DNA from: Candidatus Obscuribacterales bacterium
GTDB lineage: Bacteria; Cyanobacteriota; Vampirovibrionia; Obscuribacterales; Obscuribacteraceae
Direction: 5' to 3'
DNA: 64,000 bases
Assembly: GCA_965228855.1 (NCBI GenBank)
Contig: CBDDIJ010000003.1
Span: 160,001-224,000 of the forward strand
Shown here: piece by piece, positions 19,357 through 28,008 of the stretch
Layout: each line of letters opens with the position of its first letter
How positions within the stretch are numbered: position 1 is the first letter of the stretch
Position numbers and translations under genes: made by a program
The notes under the pieces: generated by a model
Databases searched by the model: none
Told to the model about the DNA's origin: nothing
What the model saw: the letters and a program-made list of their open reading frames with translations, nothing else

Positions 19357-21174
19357 CTAGTTTTCGATTGCCACAAGCTGAACCAATTGTCGTGCGATAT
19401 TTTCGAACGTATATCGCAGGTTGGCTGTGCTCGTGACGAGGAAGAATTTGCCACCATTTCCAGCTATGTAAGAAACGCCTGGGTTACTTCCGCCTGGCGT
19501 GTAGCTTTGAGTGATACCGTTCTGGTCTGTATAAGATACCGACTTGGAAGGATCGTCATTCAAGATATTGCACTCGCCGGGAATGATCGCGCTTGTTTGA
19601 GCAAGTCCAATCGTATAGATCGGCATACCTTCATTCTTGATTTGCTGGGCAATCGATCGCGCATGCGACCAGGGCGAGTTGCCGGAACCTGGTGCGGTGG
19701 GCTGTCCATCAGTGAAGAGAACTATGGCGCGTTTTGCGCCGGGACGCTTGTGTGCCACCAACATATCTTTTGCCTTGAGCAGGGCGTCTCCAATATTCGT
19801 ACTTCCGTATGCCACCGTGGTCGGTATCACTCCCAGTATTTCTGTGTACTTGGTGGCTGTTTCGTTTAACGTGATGCCGGGTCTTGGATAGTTTGCGTTG
19901 CCGCCTGCGTAGCTGCTGGAGATGATCGGAGCGCCGATTGTTTCACCAGCGGTGGTGCCTGCATCTGTAGAAAAACTTACGAAACCGAAGTGTGCTTCCG
20001 TATTGTTATTCATGATCGTGAAGAAATCTTTGGCGGCATCTTGCGCGTCGACAAGTGGTCTGCGTTTCTTCTTGGCGTTTGAATTGTAATCGGCTTGATA
20101 TCCTGGTCTCGGTGCGACTCCTGAGAGTTCGCTGACAGTATTGAGGCGCGCGTTGTTGAAGGTCAAGGCGTCTTCGAGATTGCCTCTTGCGGCTTCGACA
20201 ACGGTTTCAATATTGGGATAAACATACCCCGCCGGACTTGTATATGGATACTGTGCTGCACCATTTGGTCCTTCGCCGATATTGATTACGAGGTCTGTGA
20301 AATCGTATGTAGAACCTGCGCTGCCGCTCGGATAGTTTCCGGGCGGGCTGCCTGTGTTCGGTGTGCCGCGAAGAGCTGCGTTGAAGCTGAGAGGTCGCGA
20401 ATGTCCGCTTGTGCTCGCTTGCTCCAACGATTGTGGGTAGTGGGCGTTGAGCGATGAGCCTGTTGGTTGGGGACCGATGATGTCGTACAACTTTCCGCTC
20501 GCTAAACCGCCGGTCGTCGGAGCGCCAGGTCTTGCATTGATGATTAAGTGACGAATACGTCCCTGTGCGGAGTTCCAGTATCGTCTAACGAACGTCACCG
20601 GTGATTGATCGTCTATTGACGCTGAGACATCGAAGCACAGAACGATGTCCAGCTGCGGAACGCGACCCAGTCCTTCCGAGCGCAAGGTGTACGGACCGGT
20701 TATTCCAAGAAACGTTCCAAATGCTGGTGTCAAACCGAATGCGCCAACGACTTGTACGATGCGTCCGTTGGGATTGCCCAGCGCGACGGGCTGATTGGGC
20801 GGCGAGCTGTTCGGGTCAAGTAAGCGAACATAAATAGACGCTTCATTTTTTGCCGGATTATCGCTGGCTGTTTGTACTTGATGAGCGCCGGTCAAAGTAT
20901 ATTCGTTGATTGAATTGGCACGAAAAGCTTGCACCGCTGCTGCTACCACATCTTGATGCGTCTGTAATGTGTCGGTGTTGTCGGAACTCGCTAATCGTGC
21001 GGCCCCTGCAAGAGCCGCTGCTTGACAGTCGGATCGCAATTGCTCGCGAATTGCCATCGCTCTTGATACTTCGAATGTCAGGAGACCGATCATTGGCAGT
21101 GCGACCAGTCCCAGCACGAAACACATCAATATGATTAGTGCGCCACGCTGATTTCTTCTTATCTTCGATCTCAT
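19357..21174 (-). CDS. TadG-like pilus protein with vWA domain
   Basis: RRNQRG| plus TM, QLRSDCQAAALAGA Tad motif; MIDAS FDVSAS, GSTNIGDAL, LFTDG, IYTIGL; start 21174 or 21198. Confidence 0.88.
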   Translation of the reverse strand: MRSKIRRNQRGALIILMCFVLGLVALPMIGLLTFEVSRAMAIREQLRSDCQAAALAGAARLASSDNTDTLQTHQDVVAAAVQAFRANSINEYTLTGAHQVQTASDNPAKNEASIYVRLLDPNSSPPNQPVALGNPNGRIVQVVGAFGLTPAFGTFLGITGPYTLRSEGLGRVPQLDIVLCFDVSASIDDQSPVTFVRRYWNSAQGRIRHLIINARPGAPTTGGLASGKLYDIIGPQPTGSSLNAHYPQSLEQASTSGHSRPLSFNAALRGTPNTGSPPGNYPSGSAGSTYDFTDLVINIGEGPNGAAQYPYTSPAGYVYPNIETVVEAARGNLEDALTFNNARLNTVSELSGVAPRPGYQADYNSNAKKKRRPLVDAQDAAKDFFTIMNNNTEAHFGFVSFSTDAGTTAGETIGAPIISSSYAGGNANYPRPGITLNETATKYTEILGVIPTTVAYGSTNIGDALLKAKDMLVAHKRPGAKRAIVLFTDGQPTAPGSGNSPWSHARSIAQQIKNEGMPIYTIGLAQTSAIIPGECNILNDDPSKSVSYTDQNGITQSYTPGGSNPGVSYIAGNGGKFFLVTSTANLRYTFENIARQLVQLVAIEN

Positions 21175-21279
21175 TGTATAGAAACTCCGATGATACATTG
21201 GAATAAAAGCTGCTCAGAGACTCGATCTCGGACTACTTGCGAACAGAAACATCCAAATTCCGTTCTACTTATATAGGTA

Positions 21280-21819
21280 TTACTCGTTCAAACCTTGCGG
21301 GCTTTCTGCAAACTCGCGGGCAGTAATAGTCGTTGTCCAGGGTCCGGTGAGACCTGGCACATTTAAGATGAAAGGTGCGTTGTATGTTATCAATGGCTCA
21401 AGACTGCCTGTAACAGTAGTTTCCATCGCATAGATATATTGTTGGGTGTTTGCCGGCGTAGTCAGTTTATTTTCAAAGCGAGACACCGCTTGAGTATTGA
21501 TATCGGTGGCGAGGATATCGACATCGATATTGTTGACTGTGATGCCGCTGTACTTACTTACGAACTGATTTACTGCAAGAGGTGCAGCGGCTATTGCGCT
21601 TGGCTTGCCGGTGCTGCCTGTTTGAAACGTATACGACGTTGCCGCTGCGTGGGCGCCATCGCGAGCCGCTTCAGCGAGCATCGCCCAGCGCAGTCCAGTC
21701 GTGCCTAAATTGATAATAGGAAAAACGAACATAAAGAACAGGACCATCAACACGCCTGGCATTTCCGCGATTGCGTTTCCATGGGCTCTTCTTTTCTCAT
21801 TTAGATGAACGTTTTGCAT
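21280..21819 (-). CDS. TadE-like pseudopilin
   Basis: RAHG|NAIAE, TM, AARDGAHAAA. Confidence 0.85.
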   Translation of the reverse strand: MQNVHLNEKRRAHGNAIAEMPGVLMVLFFMFVFPIINLGTTGLRWAMLAEAARDGAHAAATSYTFQTGSTGKPSAIAAAPLAVNQFVSKYSGITVNNIDVDILATDINTQAVSRFENKLTTPANTQQYIYAMETTVTGSLEPLITYNAPFILNVPGLTGPWTTTITAREFAESPQGLNE

Positions 21820-21951
21820 ATGTTGAAATCTTGAAAACGGCGGAGGATTTACAAGTGGAATCTACCAGGGCGTCCATGCTGCGCTCTGATGAAAAATATA
21901 TGTAGTGAATATGCGGACGGGTGTCGATGTGGATCTTTTGGCTGTATGACC

Positions 21952-22027
21952 ACTATAAGTTCAGTTCGTGAAGCGTAAGTGAATCGAACGTGAAAACAGC
22001 GTGAATCCAAAGTGAAGAGTGCGTGAA
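21952..22027 (-). promoter_or_regulatory. 6x TTCAC-N6 array plus -10 TATAGT, promoter of the Tad pilin operon
   Basis: plus-strand GTGAA at 21968, 21979, 21990, 22001, 22012, 22023; ACTATA at 21952-21957. Confidence 0.85.
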
Positions 22028-22202
22028 ATTCGCGACTTTTAGATTTTATCTGTCCTACTGCAAATTCTCGTAGATTTCGAAAACATGCTACAGCACTGCC
22101 TTTTGGGGCGCGATATATTGAATTTCTATCGCATCTTTATCGCTTAGATCGTCTTGCATTAATGGTTAGACGAGACTTATGATGTTGGCATAGAAGTTAC
22201 AC

Positions 22203-22398
22203 ATGGTTCATACACGAGTCGCTCCGATGCACAAGGCGCGCAATACTTGCGCCTCGAGCTAAGAAGACTAGAACCATCGCCGAAAGAAAGCTCAATGCCC
22301 TGAGGCTTCTGGACGCAACTTCCGCAAACATGGATACATACAAAATAAAGTGCGATGGTGACACCACCAGCGGTATCATGCTGCTGTAAGCTGTCGCA
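22203..22398 (+). ncRNA. structured 5' leader candidate of the small TPR gene
   Basis: ATGGTTC/GAACCAT enclosing AGGCGC/GCGCCT; TGCGA/TCGCA enclosing GGTG-ACAC-CACC and AGCGGTA/TGCTGCT, ending 2 nt before GGAGG. Confidence 0.4.
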
Positions 22399-22410
22399 TA
22401 GGAGGTAACA

Positions 22411-22734
22411 ATGACACGCGAAACAGATTATCTGTCCCTTGGTGAGCAATTCGAAGAAAACGGAAAGTATTACAAGGCTGAGAGACTGTATAAAAAAGCT
22501 CTCGACCTCAAATCAAAAACCGTAGATCCGATGAGTTCCGAACTCGTACCTTATCTCTATAACCTCGGCATGGTTCAAGCAGCGCTTGATAAAACAACCG
22601 ATGCATACAGAAACCTTGGTAAGGTTATTGCAATCTTGCTCAAAGAACACGGCGAAGACTTCGCGGATATCAAAGAAATCCGCGGCGTACTCAACAGCCT
22701 GACCGAAAGCCAAGAACTGGTAGCAAACGCTTAA
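22411..22734 (+). CDS. small TPR protein
   Basis: AGGAGG SD; GKYYKAERLYKKAL and LYNLGMV..A kinesin-light-chain-type TPRs; 107 aa. Confidence 0.88.
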   Translation: MTRETDYLSLGEQFEENGKYYKAERLYKKALDLKSKTVDPMSSELVPYLYNLGMVQAALDKTTDAYRNLGKVIAILLKEHGEDFADIKEIRGVLNSLTESQELVANA

Positions 22735-22754
22735 GTAAGCGAAAAGAGAGAGAA

Positions 22755-23029
22755 GTGAACCTCGTCAACCACACCAGACGATGTTCACGGAGTGGAGAAA
22801 ACGAAGTTTGTTGCATGACACCACGGCAATCTTCGTCGAGTAGAGAGAACGCCACGTTGCGCACCAAGACGCGGTCGTTCAGGCAGATAGACAACTAGGC
22901 TAATCTACGTTGTCCGGGCGGATTCCTCAGATCCGCGAAGAACGGTTTCCCAGCTCCGTTCGGAATGCGAATCGCATTCATTTAATCGGGGTTCGCTGGA
23001 ACCCTGTAAGTAGCGAATCAGCCTTCGCT
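22755..23029 (+). ncRNA. multi-hairpin structured RNA candidate (3' UTR or sRNA)
   Basis: nine consecutive stem-loops fill the intergenic gap; G-U pairs favour the plus strand. Confidence 0.55.
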
Positions 23030-23031
23030 CT

Positions 23032-24147
23032 TTAGACTTTGGCCGTGAGAAGCGTCGCCAGATTGAACGCAAGAAAATTGCGCACTATCTTCTCCAGTGG
23101 CGAGCTGTCATAAAATGCATTGTGCTCGGTACGAAACAACTCTTCGACTGTTTCCTCCTCGCCCCTTGCCACCTGTACTGATACCACTAATTCGCTGCCG
23201 ACGATTTCTAATCGGAAGCGCATGGTTAGCCGGGCATCAGGCACTAAGCGATAATTGAACTTGACGAAAGCGGTGTACACCGGACGCAAAACTTCTTTGC
23301 GGTATCCGGCTTCCATCTCGCGGAAATCCGGTTCTAGTGCAGTCGCCAGTTCTGAGAAAACCATCTGCAGACCGTTGAAGGCGGTTTGCAATCGCATCTC
23401 ATGCGGCGTAACTGTTTGTGATTGAGTGGAAGAACGCAGACCTTTGAGAAGCTCATCAAGACTGGATGCGGACAGTTCTTGTTTGCTGTACGCTTTGAGT
23501 CTTTCGAGATCCTCGATCAGGTCTTGAGATGTTTGATATCGTTCAGCGTGCGACCATTGAAAGGCTCGATCGAAAATTTGATTGACGAGAAACAGTCTGT
23601 TTTGCGAAACCTCCAACAGTTTATTCCGCACAGACGGCCTTTGATGGGGCATGCGACCTTCGCGGTCCTTTAGTGTGCCTGGTTCTTCGCGAGTCAAAGT
23701 GTAAAAGAAAAGTCCGGCGACAGCTGTGATGTCGCTCACTCGATCGTTGCGCTCAGCCACACGGATGTTTACCTGATATTCCGGAAGCTCGAGAAATGCG
23801 TTGGCTTTGCCGTGTCCATTGCTGTCGCCGTTTCCGTTTGTGTAACTGCTGATCGAAATAGGAAAACTAAAATCTATCAAGACCGGGCGTCCATCAGACA
23901 TAACGATCTGATCAGGTCGTAAGTGCGAGTGCGTCATATTGCGCTCGTGGCAGTACATGAGAACGTTCAGAATTCGAAGACACATCTCAGCAGCCTCGTC
24001 GAGTGAGATCGTCCCTTTACTCGCGAGGTATGTATCGAGTGTCAAAAAATTCGTTTGTTTTTTCTGCATTAAGTGAGTGAGCGCTTTGCGAAACACAAAA
24101 GCGTGAACAGGGTTCCTTATAGTATATGTACCCTCGATGGTTTGCAT
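23032..24147 (-). CDS. degenerate protein kinase-like protein (probable pseudokinase)
   Basis: C-lobe recognisable (HSHLRPDQI, LIDF, LPE, SDITAVAG, ERYQT) but the catalytic Asp and a canonical N-lobe are absent. Confidence 0.75.
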   Translation of the reverse strand: MQTIEGTYTIRNPVHAFVFRKALTHLMQKKQTNFLTLDTYLASKGTISLDEAAEMCLRILNVLMYCHERNMTHSHLRPDQIVMSDGRPVLIDFSFPISISSYTNGNGDSNGHGKANAFLELPEYQVNIRVAERNDRVSDITAVAGLFFYTLTREEPGTLKDREGRMPHQRPSVRNKLLEVSQNRLFLVNQIFDRAFQWSHAERYQTSQDLIEDLERLKAYSKQELSASSLDELLKGLRSSTQSQTVTPHEMRLQTAFNGLQMVFSELATALEPDFREMEAGYRKEVLRPVYTAFVKFNYRLVPDARLTMRFRLEIVGSELVVSVQVARGEEETVEELFRTEHNAFYDSSPLEKIVRNFLAFNLATLLTAKV

Positions 24148-24350
24148 AAACTCATTTATCTGTCCCCGTGAAGAAACCGTTTTGGTCCGCTGGGGCGCCT
24201 TTTGCGCAATTTGTTCTTGCGCTGAAGTGGAATCGACCGCTCCTCTTGACTGCTTGCGGACTTTGAAGACCTTCGCGGGTCTCGCTTTTGAACTGCGGAT
24301 GTCCGAGTGTTAAGGGCCTGAAACTCCCACTAGCGGCAAATGCGGTTAGG

Positions 24351-24393
24351 TGTTATATTGAGTGAGTACACTTTGTAATCACGTAACTACAAA
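24351..24393 (+). promoter_or_regulatory. extended -10 promoter with downstream palindromic operator
   Basis: TGtTATATT 24351-24359; TTTGTAATCACGTAACTACAAA 24372-24393 (18/22 self-complementary). Confidence 0.6.
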
Positions 24394-24401
24394 TCGTAAT
24401 C

Positions 24402-24995
24402 ATGGGCGAAAAGACAACCAACATAAGCATTCGAATTCCTGATGAATACAGGAAACGCCTCCAGATGCAGGCAGACAAGAAGGGCGTAAGCTTAAACGCC
24501 CACCTGCTGCGCGTTTTGGAAATACATTTGATGAACTCCGGCTTTGGACCGCCCTCACTGACTTCGCCGTCGGGCCGCCTGTTTCAAATTCGCTGCGAAC
24601 CATACCTCGACAATATTGATGAGACGACCTGGGCGTTCTTCATCGATGAGCCGAAATATGAGAAAGAGCGCGCATATTATCTAATCGGAATTGGTCGTAC
24701 CATCCTCCGCGATTGGAACGTCAAGGACAAAGCCACCGTTTCCAAGGAAGTGGGATTGGCGCTGTTGGCCTATTACAATCGCACCGGAATTGAAATCGAT
24801 CGGCTGTTATGGAACCAATATCCGGGACCCGACAATGATGGACGCCGGGTTTTGCAAGTTTCGGAAGTCCCCGAAACGCTTGAAGAGTTTTTTGACCTTT
24901 TGATGACTGAGAAATGGTCCGACAAATTTGTCTCACAAGACGAAAAGAGCCAGGACCTTCGAAGAGGAAGACAGGAAGCGGCGTTATATCGCTAG
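24402..24995 (+). CDS. Arc/HicB-like ribbon-helix-helix DNA-binding protein with unknown C-terminal domain
   Basis: NISIRIPDEYRKRLQMQADKKGVSLN is a typical RHH pattern. Confidence 0.82.
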   Translation: MGEKTTNISIRIPDEYRKRLQMQADKKGVSLNAHLLRVLEIHLMNSGFGPPSLTSPSGRLFQIRCEPYLDNIDETTWAFFIDEPKYEKERAYYLIGIGRTILRDWNVKDKATVSKEVGLALLAYYNRTGIEIDRLLWNQYPGPDNDGRRVLQVSEVPETLEEFFDLLMTEKWSDKFVSQDEKSQDLRRGRQEAALYR

Positions 24996-25167
24996 GCTTC
25001 GTGGTTGCTTTTAGCAATCTGTATAAAACGGACGAAGACACAGCCGGAGCAATGCTCCAGCCAGGGTTGTTCGTACCTTCGCATGCTCGAATTCAATGAG
25101 CCTCTGCGTAAATTAGAAGCACGCGCCTGGACAATGCTTTGTGCGCGTGTGAACCGAGGAGAACCAC

Positions 25168-26082
25168 ATGCTGGAATTTTTAATTGTATTTGCACTGAGC
25201 TATGTTTGGCACGCTATGGGTGTCACGATCGGGTATCACAGACTGATTTCGCATCGATCATTTCGGTGCCCAAAGTTTGTCGAGCACTTCTGGGTGCTTG
25301 GCGGATACCTCGCCTTCGAGGGATCACCGCTCTGGTGGGCGACTATTCACCGCGCGCACCACAAATATTCCGACACTCCCCTTGATCCGCATTCTCCTAG
25401 GAACGGATTATTCAACTCGCACACCGGTTGGATGTTGAAAGATAAGTATCCGGCAGAGTTCAGTCCGGAACGAAATGCAAAAGATTTGATTGCTGACCCG
25501 ATTTATCGTTTTCTCGATCAAGGCGGCAACTGGCGCAGAAATCATACGCTGTGTCTGGTGCTCTGCCTTCTCGTACGAGTTGTGATACTCGCTGTCTTCG
25601 GATGGCAAGCCGCTCTTGCAAGTTTGCTTGCAGGTCTGGTCGTACTGCAGATTCCCCTGGCGTTGAATGTGCTCTGTCATATTCCCAAGCTTGGCTATAA
25701 AAATTACAGCTCAAAAGACGATAGCGTGAATGTCTGGTGGATTGGCATTCTTGCAATGGGTGAAGGTTGGCATAACAATCACCACGCCGCCCCCGGCTCC
25801 GCGCGAACCGGCATGAGACCATGGGAATTCGATGCTTCGTGGCTGACGATCAAGTTGATGAAGTCGGTAGGGCTCGTCTCTAAAGTCAACGAAATGACCC
25901 ATGAAAGAATGATGAAGAAGCAGCAGCAGGAAGAGCACACGAAGGTCAAGAAGGCTTTGCTGGAGAAGTATAAAGTTACGCCGCGCAGAGCTAATCACAA
26001 ACTGTCGCCCACAATAGCGGCTGCTATCCCGCCTGTGATCGCAACACTCCCTCACGTTTCAAACTTGCCGCCACTAACTTAG
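25168..26082 (+). CDS. desC: delta-9-type acyl-lipid/acyl-CoA desaturase
   Basis: His boxes HRLISH, HRAHH, HNNHH; DPHSP; GEGWHNNHH; GAGGAG SD. Confidence 0.92.
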   Translation: MLEFLIVFALSYVWHAMGVTIGYHRLISHRSFRCPKFVEHFWVLGGYLAFEGSPLWWATIHRAHHKYSDTPLDPHSPRNGLFNSHTGWMLKDKYPAEFSPERNAKDLIADPIYRFLDQGGNWRRNHTLCLVLCLLVRVVILAVFGWQAALASLLAGLVVLQIPLALNVLCHIPKLGYKNYSSKDDSVNVWWIGILAMGEGWHNNHHAAPGSARTGMRPWEFDASWLTIKLMKSVGLVSKVNEMTHERMMKKQQQEEHTKVKKALLEKYKVTPRRANHKLSPTIAAAIPPVIATLPHVSNLPPLT

Positions 26083-26123
26083 GACCTCACAAGGCTCTTC
26101 GAAAGGCGCAGACCTATTATGCC

Positions 26124-26168
26124 ATTGCCGGCGGTGTCGCTTCTTAAGCGCACCGCCGGCAATTTTTT
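26124..26168 (+). terminator. intrinsic terminator
   Basis: ATTGCCGGCGGTG...CACCGCCGGCAAT 13-bp stem followed by a T run. Confidence 0.88.
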
Positions 26169-26282
26169 CCTCCGTTGGCATGCGGCGAAGGTTCTGTGCG
26201 GTGTCTAAGTTCGAAAAATCACCCTTACCGAATCTCTACTCGTGGTCTAGAATGGAATTATCGCCAGGTAGAGGTTAGCTCT

Positions 26283-26927
26283 ATGATCAGGCTCACCAAA
26301 TGCCAGTTAGCCATAGTGGCAGTTTCATGCCTGGTGTTTGGCTGGGGTGAAGTCGCTGGTCAAACTCATGTTTTTGGGAATTCCTCTTATAAACAAACAA
26401 GAGCCCGCTCTCAACGTGAGGAATGCAAGGCAAAAGTTGGAACCAAGGCGCCGGAATTCACAGGCTTAACCTGGGTCAATTCCCCGCCGATTACGTTAGC
26501 TAGCTTGAAGGGAAAAACAGTTCTGCTGCACTTCTGGAGAGGTGAATGCGATTGCTGTCACGAATCAGTGGACGCGATTAGACTTCTTCAGAGGAACTAT
26601 TCTTCGATGGGACTCGTGGTTATCGGCATTCGCATGGGAAAAAAGGACGACGCTCTGGTCAACCAGTGGGAAGTAAATTTTCCGATTGCCGTCGATGAGA
26701 AAGAGAGCACCGTCAAAAGATATTGGTTCGACAACACTTCCAATTGGACCCCAGGGACTTACCTGATCGATAGGAACGGTACAGTCAAATGGGCGTGCCA
26801 GCAGCAATACTTGTGGCGACCAATGAAGGCGGCATGTCCGGATTTTACTGCTGTGTCGGTAGCGATTAAAAACGAATTGAATCAACCGCAGAAAAAAGTT
26901 TCTCAGGTTTCTAGAGTCGGCCTTTGA
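26283..26927 (+). CDS. exported TlpA/redoxin-family thioredoxin-fold protein
   Basis: KVGTKAPEF, LKGKTVLLHFW, CDCC active site, PGTYLIDRNG; start moved to MIRLTK (signal peptide). Confidence 0.85.
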   Translation: MIRLTKCQLAIVAVSCLVFGWGEVAGQTHVFGNSSYKQTRARSQREECKAKVGTKAPEFTGLTWVNSPPITLASLKGKTVLLHFWRGECDCCHESVDAIRLLQRNYSSMGLVVIGIRMGKKDDALVNQWEVNFPIAVDEKESTVKRYWFDNTSNWTPGTYLIDRNGTVKWACQQQYLWRPMKAACPDFTAVSVAIKNELNQPQKKVSQVSRVGL

Positions 26928-28008
26928 GTTTCTCCAGCAACTTCTTTGCCCCCTCGCTCTTGGTCAGGCGATTGATCAGGCTGCGCGTTCTATCCGCAGC
27001 GGCTTGAGGTGCAATGTCCTGCAGGCTGTAGCGGACAAGTTCTTGCACCTGTGCGTCAGTGTCTTCGCCAAGTCTCCTCATAGTATCTCTCAAGTCATAT
27101 AGTCGTGCGACTTTATACTGACTGATGAGATCCGATGGCGACATTGGAACAAGTTCTACTGAAATCGGAACATCTGCGTTCACCTTTGGTGAGAAAAATT
27201 CGACGGTGAATAGTTCCCTCTCCCCGTCTTTTCGGAAATACATTCGTCTAATATTTTCTTTCTGAAAACCATACGCAGGGAACAAGTCCTTCATGCTCGC
27301 GCCTTGAGTCGGACCCGCTAACATCCTGCCGACTAGTTGGTCCTGGTGGCTTGCGGCATACTCCTGCATACGCTGAGCGGCTAAGCGTTTTAAATCATTC
27401 TGTTCGTTCTTCAATTCTTGTCCGATCGATTTAGCAACTGCGTTAAAATCGATTTTGTCGTCATCATGCTTGCCATCGCCCGCGGTGTCCATAAAGCGAG
27501 CAGCAGGATTGCTTATCAAAACCACAGGAGAATTGGTCTCAAATGAGTGAACCGCAATTTCGTTTCTCGCGAACGGGTCCGGTAACACTAGTGGATTTGC
27601 TCTCAGGTTATTCGCGCTCAGCTTCGGAAAACGTCTTTCGTCGAACGACACGTTCGGCACTGGCGTGAACATGCGCTCGACAGCCATTATCAATGCCTGA
27701 TCCATACGCTGCTTTGTCATCACGATTGCGCCGCATGCAACATAATTTTGGAAGTCTGACATTCCATGGGTGTGCATCGCCGGTTGGAAGAATAGTTGAT
27801 CTGTAAGCGAGTTCACTACCGCGTTGGAGTCGCAGTATCGGTAAAACGATTTCGCGTCTCTATGTGCTATCGCGGTTCCAACCTGTTGAATCGCATAGTA
27901 TGGGGTATGCATATACCAGGCGTAGACTAATATTCCGAGCACACATAGCGTCGCGAGCGCTATTAGTCCTACGCGCAAAAAGTTGATGGTCTTGCGGTTC
28001 TCACTCAC
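26911..28008 (-). CDS. membrane-anchored DUF2939-like protein
   Basis: N-terminal TM then TPYYAIQQVGTAIAHRD..F.RYCD; GTG start overlaps the WYL stop. Confidence 0.7.
   Translation of the reverse strand: MSENRKTINFLRVGLIALATLCVLGILVYAWYMHTPYYAIQQVGTAIAHRDAKSFYRYCDSNAVVNSLTDQLFFQPAMHTHGMSDFQNYVACGAIVMTKQRMDQALIMAVERMFTPVPNVSFDERRFPKLSANNLRANPLVLPDPFARNEIAVHSFETNSPVVLISNPAARFMDTAGDGKHDDDKIDFNAVAKSIGQELKNEQNDLKRLAAQRMQEYAASHQDQLVGRMLAGPTQGASMKDLFPAYGFQKENIRRMYFRKDGERELFTVEFFSPKVNADVPISVELVPMSPSDLISQYKVARLYDLRDTMRRLGEDTDAQVQELVRYSLQDIAPQAAADRTRSLINRLTKSEGAKKLLEKLKGRL

Noticed and set aside
22183..22389. small ORFs in the TPR leader (19-aa frames at 22203 and 22330)
   Set aside because: No SD and no recognisable features; RNA structure explains the region better, though leader peptides are not excluded
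22755..22880. CRISPR array or tRNA cluster (regular period, CCA motifs)
   Set aside because: Stems differ in sequence between units; no cloverleaf or T-loop context; CCA is inside loops
24375..24390. NtcA site
   Set aside because: Spacing is GTA-N10-TAC, not N8
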